A stretch of 64,000 nucleotides of DNA from an uncultured delta proteobacterium (GTDB lineage Bacteria; Desulfobacterota; Syntrophia; Syntrophales; Smithellaceae). Made by a program: the position numbers and the translations under genes. Below, piece after piece: positions 30,861 through 42,873 of this stretch (position 1 is its first letter; each line of letters opens with the position of its first letter). The DNA lies in the NCBI GenBank assembly GCA_963762595.1, contig CAVXLI010000022.1, forward strand, positions 52 through 64,051. Direction: 5' to 3'. The notes under the pieces were generated by a model, which had not been told where the DNA came from, searched no databases, and worked only from the letters and a program-made list of their open reading frames with translations.

Positions 30861-31568
30861 TTATATGATGTTTAAGCCAATCATGTAGATGCCTCCCATG
30901 ATCACTAATACACCACAGATTTTTTTCAGGATCACGGCGCCTTTCGATTTTTCGCTCCAGTTCAGATAATGTTGGATAACCTCGGTAAAAGTCCCCGCAA
31001 AAACAATTACCGCGCAGTGCCCGATGCCGTATACCAGAAGCAGAGATACTGCAAAAACGATTTTTGTTGAGGCGATGTTAAAAACAACGCCCAGCATGGT
31101 GGCCATATAAGCGAAGGTGCAAGGACCCAGCGCGATACCGAATAAGAGACCCAAAATAAAGGCCGCGAAAATACCTTTCCGCTGAAAATTGGGATTAGCG
31201 CCGCCTTCCATAAAAGGAAGCGGTAAAATTCCCAGTAAATTGAGTCCGACGACAAAGAAAATAACCGCCACAAAGTAGTTACCATAACCGCCGATGTCGC
31301 CGACCATTCGCCCCATCAGGCCGGTAACTAATCCGATGACACCTATTGTGATGAGGATGCCGAATCCGAAAAGAGATGAAAGCACAAATGCCCTTAGCGT
31401 ACTGATGTTTCCCTGGCCGTCAATAAATCCGACAACTAATGGTATGCAGGCTATATGGCAGGGGGACAGCGCGACGGAAAGCACCCCCCAAACAAAGGCG
31501 GCAGTCAGGGCAATTTGAGGAGATTGTAAAAGTGCTGTTGAAAGCCAGGTAAAGAGATCAACCAGCAT
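30861..31568 (-). CDS. CcdA/DsbD-like cytochrome c biogenesis protein
   Basis: LSPCH and GPCT transmembrane cysteines. Confidence 0.88.
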   Translation of the reverse strand: MLVDLFTWLSTALLQSPQIALTAAFVWGVLSVALSPCHIACIPLVVGFIDGQGNISTLRAFVLSSLFGFGILITIGVIGLVTGLMGRMVGDIGGYGNYFVAVIFFVVGLNLLGILPLPFMEGGANPNFQRKGIFAAFILGLLFGIALGPCTFAYMATMLGVVFNIASTKIVFAVSLLLVYGIGHCAVIVFAGTFTEVIQHYLNWSEKSKGAVILKKICGVLVIMGGIYMIGLNII

Positions 31569-32017
31569 TATCTGACCCCTTTCATCTTGATGACCTTGAC
31601 AACTTCATCCTTGGGGAAAAACCCTTCGTGACGAAAATATTCTTTGCCGTTTTTATCCAGAAAAATCTGGGTGGGTATAACCCTATAATAATAAATCGCG
31701 GCTTCATACTTGCCCTCGGGAGTCCAGACGTCGTGAAAGACAATTTTTACCTGTCCCTTGAATTCTTCTTCAATCGCCTTCATTATCGGCTGCATCATTT
31801 TGCATGGAATACACTTGACCGAACCGATTTCCACAAAGGTCACTAAAACGTTATCGGATTTTTCTTTTGCTTTATCAGTCGTCTTCTTTTCTGTTTGTTT
31901 TCCGGAAGTGGTCTGAGCAGTGGCATGGCGGCAATCGATTGAGTGTGAGATGAAAGCAAGCACAGTCAGCACAGCCAAAGTTACAAAAATTAATTTTGAA
32001 TGCAGTTTCATTTGCAA
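31568..32017 (-). CDS. periplasmic thioredoxin family protein
   Basis: signal/TM segment, CIPC, IPTQIF. Confidence 0.88.
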   Translation of the reverse strand: MQMKLHSKLIFVTLAVLTVLAFISHSIDCRHATAQTTSGKQTEKKTTDKAKEKSDNVLVTFVEIGSVKCIPCKMMQPIMKAIEEEFKGQVKIVFHDVWTPEGKYEAAIYYYRVIPTQIFLDKNGKEYFRHEGFFPKDEVVKVIKMKGVR

Positions 32018-32085
32018 TAGTCTCCTTAATATTGAAGTCAGCAGTTTCTATATTTTTCATGGCAGATTCGACTGAGCTTTGTCTT

Positions 32086-32502
32086 TTAGCATTTGCCGCC
32101 GCAAGAGCAGCCGCCTGTTACCATTTGCTCAAGCGCCGCCTGGGAACTAATAGTGCTTTTAATCTTTCCAGACAGTTCGGCGATAATTTTATCTGTAACA
32201 GGCGTTTCTCCTTTGACCAGACCGAAACTGGTTAATATGTATGAGGTCGGTTTAACGCCTATACGCTCCAGCGTCTTTCTCGCGCAGGCTGTTTTGCAGC
32301 CATCGATGGTAATATTCATATCCACACCCTTTGCCGATTGTACATAGCCGGACAACCCAGCGCCGACACCGGCAAGGCAACTCATCCCGGCGGCACCTTC
32401 GTCGCGCAGCTTTCTGGCGACGCGATCGGCAATTTCTCCGACATCCGACGCGCCGGAACACGCGTAAATTAAATTTGTTTCTGTTACACAACATTCAGTC
32501 AT
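32086..32502 (-). CDS. DGC-domain putative zinc-binding protein
   Basis: ACSGASDVG, CLAG, IDGC. Confidence 0.9.
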   Translation of the reverse strand: MTECCVTETNLIYACSGASDVGEIADRVARKLRDEGAAGMSCLAGVGAGLSGYVQSAKGVDMNITIDGCKTACARKTLERIGVKPTSYILTSFGLVKGETPVTDKIIAELSGKIKSTISSQAALEQMVTGGCSCGGKC

Positions 32503-32524
32503 AATATAACTCCTTGTTATTTTT

Positions 32525-33301
32525 TTAAATATGTATTCCAAAATAAAGCAGTATGTATTTCAATGAAACATACAAAAACAGAAATCCAAAAAGAGCTTTC
32601 AGGACGTTCGGGTTGAATTTGGCGACGAGTTTCGCTCCGAAGATAGCGCCGATTAACGCCCCGATGCCCAGCGTGATGGCCACAGGGATGTTTACTACCC
32701 CCTGATAAATCTTGAATGCCGCGCCTACAAGAGCCATCCAGACAAAAGCTGCCATGGAGGTACCGATGGCGAGTTTCATTGGTGCCCGCAAGAAGTAGAG
32801 AAACGACGGAACAAGAGCGTAACCGCCGCCCAGACCGATAATGCCCGTTAAAATGCCAATAGATGATCCCAAAAATGATTTGGAAACAGCCGTTCCGGGC
32901 ATGGTTGTTCCAGCCGGAGGAGGAGGCGTTTTTCCCAGGAGCCCCTCATAAAGCATGCGCAGGGAGACAAGAATAAAGGCGATACCGATGATGAGATCGA
33001 TAACGTCTCCATAATCTTTAATGTAGCCGAAGACAAAAGAGCCGATGATTACACCTAGAACACCGCTGAATCCAACCTGGAGAGCCGTTGTTTTGTCCAC
33101 GTTTTTCATGCGCAGATGTTGAACCGCGCCTGAACCGGCCGTAAAGACGACGGCGGTGAGAGTTGTTCCCACAGCAAAGGCCGGATCAAAATTAAATCCG
33201 AAGCGGATGACCGGCATAATAAGAGCGCAACCACCCGTCCCCAGCAAACCGCCCACGACACCTGCTAAAAGACCTGTAATAAGATAAAGTAAATAAATCA
33301 T
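32525..33301 (-). CDS. TauE/SafE (TSUP) family exporter
   Basis: GLLGTGG and GLGGG repeats, AVGT/AIGTS. Confidence 0.9.
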   Translation of the reverse strand: MIYLLYLITGLLAGVVGGLLGTGGCALIMPVIRFGFNFDPAFAVGTTLTAVVFTAGSGAVQHLRMKNVDKTTALQVGFSGVLGVIIGSFVFGYIKDYGDVIDLIIGIAFILVSLRMLYEGLLGKTPPPPAGTTMPGTAVSKSFLGSSIGILTGIIGLGGGYALVPSFLYFLRAPMKLAIGTSMAAFVWMALVGAAFKIYQGVVNIPVAITLGIGALIGAIFGAKLVAKFNPNVLKALFGFLFLYVSLKYILLYFGIHI

Positions 33302-33388
33302 TGCACACCTCCCATAGTTTTGACTGTATCTTTATTAAAATTGAAAATATTTTCCCATATTTCTTCTTGGAATAAATTTTATAATTTT

Positions 33389-33625
33389 CTATTTACCGCT
33401 GAGCAATTTCTTAATTTCTTCCAAAGGAGGAATTTTGCCGGCCGCTTTCACTTCTCCGTCAATGACCAGCGCGGGAGTTGTCATCACGCCGTATCCCATG
33501 ATTTTCTTAATGTCGCGGACATGGTCTATTTGCGCTTCGATGCCCATTTCCCGTATAGCAAGAGTTACCATCTCTTCGAGTTTGTTGCATTTAGCGCATC
33601 CTGTTCCTAATATTTCTATTTTCAT
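33389..33625 (-). CDS. small redox-active disulfide protein (MTH895/TM0996-type thioredoxin)
   Basis: ILGTGCAKC, YGVMTTPALVIDG. Confidence 0.92.
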   Translation of the reverse strand: MKIEILGTGCAKCNKLEEMVTLAIREMGIEAQIDHVRDIKKIMGYGVMTTPALVIDGEVKAAGKIPPLEEIKKLLSGK

Positions 33626-33646
33626 TTCTCTATTTCCTTAAAAAAA

Positions 33647-33979
33647 TTATTTCCTACAACATTTTAAAACTTCGAGATGCTGTTTAGTTGTAGAGGATAG
33701 TACATCTTCCACACAACCCATAAACTCCATAATGCAAGGAACGCGCAAGCTGTAGAAAATAGAATTGCCCCTTTTTTCATCGGCAACAAGCCCCGCATTT
33801 TTCAAAACGCTCAAGTGTTTGGAAACTGTTGAAGCATCCGCGCCGATCATGGAAGTGAGTTCATTAACACAACGTTCTTTTTTGTTGAGCTCCTCAATGA
33901 TAAAGAGTCTGCTGGGATGCGCCATGGCTTTGATGATTTTTGCCCGCGCTTCATGCTGGGTTTTTACTAGACTTTTCAT
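33647..33979 (-). CDS. arsR: ArsR/SmtB family transcriptional regulator
   Basis: KAMAHPSRL, ERCV, STVSKHLSVLKNAGLV, C-terminal CC. Confidence 0.9.
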   Translation of the reverse strand: MKSLVKTQHEARAKIIKAMAHPSRLFIIEELNKKERCVNELTSMIGADASTVSKHLSVLKNAGLVADEKRGNSIFYSLRVPCIMEFMGCVEDVLSSTTKQHLEVLKCCRK

Positions 33980-33998
33980 TTTAACTTCCCCAAGTATC

Positions 33999-34034
33999 TA
34001 TTTGGTAATATCGCCAAATAGCCATGGATGTCAA
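33999..34034 (-). promoter_or_regulatory. ars promoter with candidate ArsR operator
   Basis: TATTTGG-N8-CCAAATA (33999-34020) just downstream of a minus-strand TTGACA (34029-34034). Confidence 0.65.
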
Positions 34035-34140
34035 TAATTATTTTACGCTTATGTTTTTGGTGCCGAATTTAAATATAAGAAGGCACTGTTGAGAATATCA
34101 TTGACCATTCTTTCTCTTTTGTTATATCATTGATAAAAAA

Positions 34141-34611
34141 TTGGAAGTCAAAAGCGTGGCTAAAATATTAATCGTTTATCATTCCCAGACAGGCAACACG
34201 GAAAGGATGGCGCATGCTGTTGCCGACGGAGCGCGCTGTGTCGAAGGGGTACAAGTGGTTATGAAAAAAGCGGCGGATGCCACACTGGAAGATTTATTGA
34301 CGGCAGACGGCCTGGCCGTCGGCACGCCGGAAAATTTTGGTTATATGTCGGGAATGGTCAAGGACTTCTTTGATCGCACTTTTTACGAAGCACAGGAAAA
34401 GGTCTTCCGCAAACCTTTAGTTGTCTTTATCAGCGCCGGTAACGACGGCACAGGAGCGCTCAAAGCAATTGAACGTATCGCTTTGGGCTATAAATTCAAA
34501 ACTGTTTACAATCCCGTTATCGCCAAGGGTGTCATTACGGAAGAAATTTTGGAACAATGCCGCGAGCTGGGCGGCACCATCGCCGGCGGCTGCCAGATGG
34601 GCATCTATTAG
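34141..34611 (+). CDS. flavodoxin (WrbA-like) family protein
   Basis: YHSQTGNTERMA, GTPENFG. Confidence 0.88.
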   Translation: MEVKSVAKILIVYHSQTGNTERMAHAVADGARCVEGVQVVMKKAADATLEDLLTADGLAVGTPENFGYMSGMVKDFFDRTFYEAQEKVFRKPLVVFISAGNDGTGALKAIERIALGYKFKTVYNPVIAKGVITEEILEQCRELGGTIAGGCQMGIY

Positions 34612-34617
34612 CGATTT

Positions 34618-35331
34618 TCATATTATTTTTTTGTGCTTTTTCCCTATCGGGCATACGACAATGCATTTGCCGCAAAGACTTACTTCTTTGCCAAAATTAT
34701 TTAGAGATAGTTCGCGCGCTTTATTTCGGCAGGCGAAGGGATCAAAGAATTCATTCCGGTCAACATCAATGTTCCAGAGTTTGCCGTTGGCGGCCTGCGC
34801 CGGGCAGTCCCGGACACAAAAGTCACAAGAGCCGCACCTGCTTTTATCTATCGGGTCGGTGCAATAGGGTAAGGTGTAATCGGTAAGCACTGTAACTAAC
34901 CGCACGCGAGGGCCGAATTTATCGGAGATAAAAAGAGCGGTTTTACCGATCCAGCCCAGGCCAGCGCGTGTTGCCGCCATTTTGTGGGAAAAGTCAAAGC
35001 GCAAGGTCTTAAAAAAATTTTTATCGAGGTCTTTGTCCTGAATTGTTGGTTCAACGACCAATGATTTACTGCCTTGTAGCTGTATCACATCGGCTATACT
35101 GTGCGCGACTTTTGCCAGCTCAAAGTTTACTTCTTCATAATGGTTATAGTATTCGATGTTTGGCCCATCAATGATAGCATCAATTATCCGGTCATCGAGT
35201 CTGCGGGCGAGAACAACCGCCTGGTCAAAGCCGCGGTATTTTTCCGGCAATAGGCCTTTAAGATCAGCATAGCCAATCAAATAATCAACATTCCGCGGCA
35301 ATAGGATTCTGATCGATTCTTCTATATTCAT
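34618..35331 (-). CDS. QueG/reductive-dehalogenase-like 4Fe-4S protein
   Basis: SHKMAATRAGLGWIGK, FGPRVRL, CGSCDFCVRDCP, CGKCIVVCP. Confidence 0.85.
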   Translation of the reverse strand: MNIEESIRILLPRNVDYLIGYADLKGLLPEKYRGFDQAVVLARRLDDRIIDAIIDGPNIEYYNHYEEVNFELAKVAHSIADVIQLQGSKSLVVEPTIQDKDLDKNFFKTLRFDFSHKMAATRAGLGWIGKTALFISDKFGPRVRLVTVLTDYTLPYCTDPIDKSRCGSCDFCVRDCPAQAANGKLWNIDVDRNEFFDPFACRNKARELSLNNFGKEVSLCGKCIVVCPIGKKHKKII

Positions 35332-35338
35332 ATAGATA

Positions 35339-36544
35339 CTAGAAGTCTCGGGAAGCGCCTCCTCCTCCCGATTTACCACCATCGAAATATTTTTCTGATT
35401 GTGATGACGGTTGCTGAGAATCGACAAAACCAGGTGTAAGGGCTGCACCTAAATCGGTCAAATTGATTCCATGGCTTTCCGGTTTCAATATGTTTTCTGC
35501 CGTGAAACCATACCTTGTTTTGTTTGGTCCTCGCGAAAGCCAGCGCGTAATGAGAGTGGATATGAAGATCAGCATAATTCCAAGAATCGCCGGGTCCCAG
35601 GCGTAACGCTCTATTTGCAGATAGGATTTGTTTGTGGCCAGAGTTAAGCATGCAATAACAAGGCTTACATTAAGGATGAGACGTTTACTTTTTTTTATTC
35701 CCCAATAGATACCAATAATGGGAATCAGAAAAGTAAGTATATAGGACAACCAATAAATGTAAGGAGAAAAACCGGCATAGGGTTGAAAGATTATGCTGCG
35801 ATCGTCAAAATATAAACTTACTAATTCCGGGAGACGCAGGTTCACTGCCAGGTAAATAGTACCCAAAAGACATGCCTGAATCAGGGTGTTCCTTTCTTTC
35901 CGGAAATCTTCGATATCCGGTTTATCCAAGAGTATATTTATAAGGAGAATCAGGCACAGAATGATTAGTAGAAAAGCCCTTTCTTCTGTAGGCGGCAGTG
36001 ATAATTGTAAGGGTATTGCACAAAGAGCCATAATGCTGATTAGGGCTGAGTACAAAAAACCAAAGCGCAGATATATCCAGAAAGAGGTAACAGCGAAAAG
36101 AAGGGATACAGCAACAACTCCAAATTGATGATCCAGGTGATATTTGTCCAAAAGTATTCCGCAGCCAATACATAAAGAAACGATGCTGGCTATCGCAAGC
36201 GCTTCTTCAATGCCGTACCTATAAAAGCTATATTTTTTTATTACATATTCTGCCAATAAATAGAGAGGAATACTAAATAAAATTAATATCGTCATTGCCA
36301 CTGTATCACCCGGCTCATTCATAAGCCAGATAAGGAAGGCGGACACGGCTGTTGCGCAAAGCCATGTGAATAAGAAGAAGATCAAGCGAAAGAACAAATT
36401 GGTTTGGTTAACAAAGGGATCGGTGCTGGCTTCCATAAGGCGAAGTTGTTCTTCGGAAATCAGGCCGGAACGCTGCCATGTTTTTACCTTCTTCCTTGTG
36501 CAGATGTTTTCTTCCTGTTCAGAAGTATAAACACCGAAATTCAT
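35339..36544 (-). CDS. multi-pass membrane protein
   Basis: about 10 TM helices; YRYGIEEAL; C-terminal GGKSGGGGAS. Confidence 0.8.
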   Translation of the reverse strand: MNFGVYTSEQEENICTRKKVKTWQRSGLISEEQLRLMEASTDPFVNQTNLFFRLIFFLFTWLCATAVSAFLIWLMNEPGDTVAMTILILFSIPLYLLAEYVIKKYSFYRYGIEEALAIASIVSLCIGCGILLDKYHLDHQFGVVAVSLLFAVTSFWIYLRFGFLYSALISIMALCAIPLQLSLPPTEERAFLLIILCLILLINILLDKPDIEDFRKERNTLIQACLLGTIYLAVNLRLPELVSLYFDDRSIIFQPYAGFSPYIYWLSYILTFLIPIIGIYWGIKKSKRLILNVSLVIACLTLATNKSYLQIERYAWDPAILGIMLIFISTLITRWLSRGPNKTRYGFTAENILKPESHGINLTDLGAALTPGFVDSQQPSSQSEKYFDGGKSGGGGASRDF

Positions 36545-37491
36545 TCATTCTCCTTGAACTTGCGGGATAAAAGAAAAATCATTATTATTACCGCGAGCGA
36601 GGTAAAAATGAAATACAGGAACACCAGCGAAGTTTTGTGCTGGATTAAATCAAAAAACCCGATGCTGATTCCCATATAGCCATAGATAATTGCGTAAAGC
36701 ATGTAAAGAAATTGTCCGGTACGCAGGGAGTATAAAGCAAGAATAGTGCAGGCAACGAGCAAGCCAAGAAAATAAAGCGAGAATAATTTGTAATCAATTA
36801 TGCCGGAAATGAGCGCGATAAATAGAAAATTGACGGCGAAATTAAGATAGATATCGAAGAAATGTTTCTTTATGGATGAGAGGTAGAGAAATCCTCCTCC
36901 CAGAAAAACGATAATGCTGTAAGTAATGGCGTACAGGCGATAATATTCTTGAAAGGAAAAGCGCTGCCCCGATAAAGTAAAACCGAACCAGGCCGCGAGA
37001 GTGGATAAAGCCAGTGATAAAACAAGGCGATTGTCAAAACGGTATGCCAGGAGAAGGAATAAGGCAAAAGAAACCAATAGATAATTATTCCAAAGATCGC
37101 CTAAAACATGGAACTGTGTTTCAATATAAGCAATATCCATCGAGTAGACGGTGCAGCCGAAAAACAGGATGTAATCAAACAGGAGATTGGGTGAGGTAAC
37201 TTCTTCGTTGGAATAATTATTCCCTTTAATAATAAAACAGTAAATAAAAGCGGCGCACACACATAGAGTCAAAGTGCCGATGATGGCAATGTCGCCTAGT
37301 TGTGCGAAGTATTGTTTGATTGTAAAACCAAGCCCGGCGATGATAAGCAAAATACCGGCATAAAGAAAAAACCGCAATTCGTAGTGCACGGAAAAGAGTC
37401 TTTTTCCATGTATATCCAGAAGAGAATTTAACTGTTCTACACTCAGTCTCTTGTCTTTATACATTTTTTGTAATAGGTCTGGAATATTCAT
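36541..37491 (-). CDS. DUF2157-like membrane protein
   Basis: FSVHYELRFFLYAG, AYRFDNRLVLSLA; overlaps the next gene's start by 4 bp. Confidence 0.75.
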   Translation of the reverse strand: MNIPDLLQKMYKDKRLSVEQLNSLLDIHGKRLFSVHYELRFFLYAGILLIIAGLGFTIKQYFAQLGDIAIIGTLTLCVCAAFIYCFIIKGNNYSNEEVTSPNLLFDYILFFGCTVYSMDIAYIETQFHVLGDLWNNYLLVSFALFLLLAYRFDNRLVLSLALSTLAAWFGFTLSGQRFSFQEYYRLYAITYSIIVFLGGGFLYLSSIKKHFFDIYLNFAVNFLFIALISGIIDYKLFSLYFLGLLVACTILALYSLRTGQFLYMLYAIIYGYMGISIGFFDLIQHKTSLVFLYFIFTSLAVIIMIFLLSRKFKENE

Positions 37492-37695
37492 GAGAATAAG
37501 AATTGTATCCTTCGCTTTTAAAGAGGATGTTTTGTGCGGTGAAACTCTAAACATTTCATGGTTATATGTCAAGACTAAAAGTAATACAGGCAATAAATAA
37601 TTTAATCATAATAGCTGTTGTATTGGCAGACAAATTGATTATATTATTACTTACCCTTGCTACATCAAATCAAAAAGTGAGGATAAAAAGATAAA

Positions 37696-40287
37696 ATGAC
37701 ACCAATGCCTCGTGTAAGCACCGGCGTCAGCGGATTAGATGAAATTCTCAATTACCTGCAAATGGGTGATAACGTAGTCTTCCAGGTTGACGACATTGCC
37801 GATTATAAAAGATTTGTTGAACCGTACGTGGAGAGAGCCCTGGCGGGAAAGCAGCGAGTCATATATATGAGGTTTGCCAATCATCCGCCGCTTCTGGATG
37901 TTGATAATAAGGCAAAAATCTACAAGTTAAATGCCAATAGTGGTTTTGAATCCTTTTCCACCCAAATCCATAATATAGTACGCAATGAAGGACGAGACGT
38001 TTTTTATGTTTTTGATTGTCTTTCCGATCTATTAATGGCCTGGGCTACCGATCTGATGATCGGCAATTTTTTTGTCATTACCTGTCCTTATTTATTTGAG
38101 TTAAATACCGTAGCCTATTTCGCCATCCTCCGGAGCAGTCATTCTTTTAAAACTATCGCGCGCATTCGTGAAACCACACAGGTTCTTCTCGATGTTTATA
38201 ATCATAAAGGCAAACTTTGTGTCCATCCGCTAAAGGCATGGCAACGCTATACTCCTACTATGTTTCTCCCGCACATTATGGAAAACGGGAGATTTGTGCC
38301 TATTTTGAACAGCGCGGATGCGGCCAGCTTTTTTTCGTATTTAACCGTTAAAAACGCCACCGGCGGCGAAAGAAATTTGGATTATTGGGATAGGATTTTT
38401 CTACAAGCGGATGATATTTTAAATGATCCTTCCCAGGTCGAAGAAAAACAAGAAATGGTGGAAAAGCTTTCCCGTGTGCTCATCGGGCGCGAGAAACGAA
38501 TGCTTTCTCTGGTTAAAGAATATTTCACTCTCGAAGACCTTGTGGAAATCAAAAAACGTCTGATCGGAACAGGGTTCATCGGCGGTAAATCCGTAGGTAT
38601 GCTTTTAGCCCGCAACATTTTGCGCAAAGATACGTCGGTAGATTGGCCGGAACAATTGGAACTGCACGATTCTTTTTATATCGGGTCTGATATATTCTAT
38701 TCATATATGGTGCAAAACGGCTGGTGGAAACTGCTGATGGCGCAAAAGACTGAAGAAGGTTATTTTGAAATAGCCAAAGATTTGCGCAACAAAATGCTGC
38801 ACGGAGTATTTCCGGACGAAATCAAGGAACAATTTCAGCTAATGCTGGAATATTTTGGACAATCCCCGATAATTGTGCGTTCCAGCTCTCTTCTGGAGGA
38901 CGCGTTCGGCAATGCGTTTGCCGGAAAATATGAAAGTTATTTCTGCGCCAATCAGGGGACACCGGAGGAGCGCTACGAACATTTTGAGGAAGCTGTTCGT
39001 AAAATATTTGCCAGCACTATGAATACTGATGCCCTGACTTATCGCTTACAGCGCGGATTGGGAGGCCAGGATGAGCAAATGGCTCTTCTGGTGCAGCGAG
39101 TGTCAGGTTCACACCGCAAACATTATTTCTTTCCTGATTTGGCCGGAGTCGGTCTATCTTATAATACATTCGTCTGGCAAAAAGGAATGGATCCCAAAGC
39201 GGGCATGCTGAGAATTGTGTTTGGTTTGGGTACGCGGGCGGTAAATCGCGTGGAAAACGACTATCCGCGAATTGTCGCTTTGGATGCGCCCCTGGTTAAA
39301 CCATACGCGAAGCAAGAAGATATGCGGCGTTTTTCTCAACATGAGGTTGATATTCTGAACTTAAATGAAAACCAATTTCAATCTTTGCCGGTAACGGATG
39401 TGCTCAATGAAGATTTGGAAACACGCAGAGATTTATTTGCCGTCCGCGACACGGGAGCCTCGGAATATATGAAATCTACCGGCAGAAATATACGGGATGT
39501 GTGGATACTAACTTTCGATGAACTTCTTGCTTCCACGCCCTTTGCCCCAGATATGTCGAAAATGCTGAAGATATTGGAACGGGTGTACCGTTATCCCGTG
39601 GATATTGAGTTTACGGTCAATTTTAATGCCGAAGGCAAGGTTAAGATTAATCTTCTTCAGTGCCGGCCTTTCCAAACTAAAGGACACTATAGCCGTGTAG
39701 AAATTCCGGAAAAAATAAACAAGGCTAAAATATTGTTGAGACAGGATGCCAACTTTATGGGAGGCAGCATTTATCAGTCCATTTCTCGCATTATCTCTAT
39801 TGATCCTCAGAGATACGCTAAATTATCTCTGTCCGGAAAATATGATATCGCTCGGCTGGTAGGCAAATTAAACAAAAAAATTAACAAAAGAGAAGAAATG
39901 CCGACGATTCTTTTTGGTCCCGGCCGCTGGGGGACAACAACGCCGGCCATGGGTGTTCCGATAACCTTCTCGGAAATCAGCAATATCACGGCTATCGGGG
40001 AAATAGCTTATCATGACGGAAGTTTGATTCCTGACCTTTCATTTGGCACTCATTTTTTTCAGGACATGGTCGAAATGGATATTTTTTATATGGCGATTTA
40101 TCCGGAAAAGGAAAATGTTTTTTTCAATACGGCGTGGATGGAAAAACAACCTAATATTATGGCCGAGTTGGTACCGGAAGATAAAAAGTATGCTGAAGTT
40201 GTCCGTGTTTATGACGTTCAGTCAAAAGATTTACGCCTCCTTTCGGATATCGTTACCCAGAAGATGATATGCTTTTTTGCAAAATAA
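37696..40287 (+). CDS. PEP/pyruvate-binding (PPDK_N) domain protein with degenerate KaiC/RecA-like N-terminus
   Basis: STGVSGLDEIL...GDNVV; IGGKS, VRSSSLLED, FAGKYES, VQRV, DIEF, LLQCRP; C-terminal GPGRWG and SFGTHFFQ. Confidence 0.85.
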   Translation: MTPMPRVSTGVSGLDEILNYLQMGDNVVFQVDDIADYKRFVEPYVERALAGKQRVIYMRFANHPPLLDVDNKAKIYKLNANSGFESFSTQIHNIVRNEGRDVFYVFDCLSDLLMAWATDLMIGNFFVITCPYLFELNTVAYFAILRSSHSFKTIARIRETTQVLLDVYNHKGKLCVHPLKAWQRYTPTMFLPHIMENGRFVPILNSADAASFFSYLTVKNATGGERNLDYWDRIFLQADDILNDPSQVEEKQEMVEKLSRVLIGREKRMLSLVKEYFTLEDLVEIKKRLIGTGFIGGKSVGMLLARNILRKDTSVDWPEQLELHDSFYIGSDIFYSYMVQNGWWKLLMAQKTEEGYFEIAKDLRNKMLHGVFPDEIKEQFQLMLEYFGQSPIIVRSSSLLEDAFGNAFAGKYESYFCANQGTPEERYEHFEEAVRKIFASTMNTDALTYRLQRGLGGQDEQMALLVQRVSGSHRKHYFFPDLAGVGLSYNTFVWQKGMDPKAGMLRIVFGLGTRAVNRVENDYPRIVALDAPLVKPYAKQEDMRRFSQHEVDILNLNENQFQSLPVTDVLNEDLETRRDLFAVRDTGASEYMKSTGRNIRDVWILTFDELLASTPFAPDMSKMLKILERVYRYPVDIEFTVNFNAEGKVKINLLQCRPFQTKGHYSRVEIPEKINKAKILLRQDANFMGGSIYQSISRIISIDPQRYAKLSLSGKYDIARLVGKLNKKINKREEMPTILFGPGRWGTTTPAMGVPITFSEISNITAIGEIAYHDGSLIPDLSFGTHFFQDMVEMDIFYMAIYPEKENVFFNTAWMEKQPNIMAELVPEDKKYAEVVRVYDVQSKDLRLLSDIVTQKMICFFAK

Positions 40288-40310
40288 GACCGGATAGAAC
40301 GGTCCCCCGC

Positions 40311-40340
40311 GTCGTCACCCCGGCATAGGCCGGGGTCCAG
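40311..40340 (+). repeat. REP-like hairpin
   Basis: GTCGTCACCCCGGCATAGGCCGGGGTCCAG, preceded by ATAGAACGGTCCCC. Confidence 0.65.
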
Positions 40341-40381
40341 GCAATTTTCCTGCAAGAGAATGTTGAACTATTAAATAAAAT

Positions 40382-40418
40382 ACTGGTAGTTTCAGGCCTT
40401 GAGGCAGAAACTACCAGT
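40382..40418. terminator. hairpin terminator between convergent genes
   Basis: ACTGGTAGTTTC...GAAACTACCAGT. Confidence 0.75.
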
Positions 40419-40429
40419 TGAAGTGCATA

Positions 40430-41809
<1,380 letters not shown>

Positions 41810-41862
41810 TTATTTGTTTCATGTCATTAATATATACATGAGGTAACTTAGACTAATGGTTT

Positions 41863-42864
41863 CTATATCTCCTCTATGTTGCGGAGTTTTTCAAATTCCA
41901 TTACGGTGGACATCGCCTTGTTCTCCACATCAAAACCTTCTTCATGCGCCGCGGCAATCGGATTCAGTCCGCCTATGAGAAGCATACCAACTTTATTTAT
42001 ATCTACATCAGTCTGGCAAATGGGATTTCCGATAGTGCCTATGGAAAGAATCCCGCTGATGCCGGCCTTATTAAAATCAACGATAATATCTTCGACAAGA
42101 CTGCGGCTGAGCGCAGGTATTTCACGGAAATTGGCCAGAATTTTCCCCTCGCCTTTTTGTGCAACTTCTTTCACCGAGGTCATTTTGCCGCGAATAAAGA
42201 TCTCCGATGGATCAAGCGATGAACCCGAGTAATGGATAAGCTCAACAAATCTTAAAGGTTCTCCATTTTTTACCTGGAGTATTCCGCCGAACTTGGAATC
42301 AATCGGAATGCCGTGCTTTAAAAGGACACCGTTAATTAGAATACTGCAAACTGTGGCTAATCCGACTTTCCCTTCAGGAACGACAATTTCTCCCAGTTTT
42401 TTTCCTGCCTGGGCAACGGCGACGCGGTCAGAGACGGCAATTTTCTTTTTAAAGACAGGTTTCATCACCAAAAGAGCACTATGAAATTGATCTTGCGGAA
42501 AGAAAGAAATGTTGACAGGGACGAGGCCGCGGCGTTTCTTAAGGTTAAAAGTTGTTTTAAAAGACAGAACATCAATGCGGGAAATGGAAAGACTGATTTT
42601 ATCCTGAACGCGGGCATCGGTAATTTCGTCGAGTCCCAGGCTGGTAATGACTCTTCCGTCACGCCGGCCGATAAGTTTTGTCAGTCCCCTTCCGTCCATG
42701 AGTTTCAGGTGGTAGCGGACGGTTCTTTCGCTCAACTGAACGCCGCGTTCCTTCATTTTTCTTGCAATTACACGTGCGCCCAGTGATTCCGGATTTTCGT
42801 TCAGAATCTTTAAGATCAGAATGACCTTTCTTTCGATATCTTCTGGGTTAAAAAGCTGTTTCAT
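41863..42864 (-). CDS. nrpR: NrpR-family nitrogen regulator (wHTH plus NRD/DUF128 domain)
   Basis: SERTVRYHL wHTH, TVCSILINGVLL, GSSLDP, ANFREIP, GGLNP. Confidence 0.85.
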   Translation of the reverse strand: MKQLFNPEDIERKVILILKILNENPESLGARVIARKMKERGVQLSERTVRYHLKLMDGRGLTKLIGRRDGRVITSLGLDEITDARVQDKISLSISRIDVLSFKTTFNLKKRRGLVPVNISFFPQDQFHSALLVMKPVFKKKIAVSDRVAVAQAGKKLGEIVVPEGKVGLATVCSILINGVLLKHGIPIDSKFGGILQVKNGEPLRFVELIHYSGSSLDPSEIFIRGKMTSVKEVAQKGEGKILANFREIPALSRSLVEDIIVDFNKAGISGILSIGTIGNPICQTDVDINKVGMLLIGGLNPIAAAHEEGFDVENKAMSTVMEFEKLRNIEEI

Positions 42865-42873
42865 AAGGCAATC

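Noticed and set aside
37624-37639. sigma54 promoter for the PEP-synthase-like gene
   Set aside because: TGGCAG-N5-TTGAT lacks the conserved -12 GC; too weak to call.
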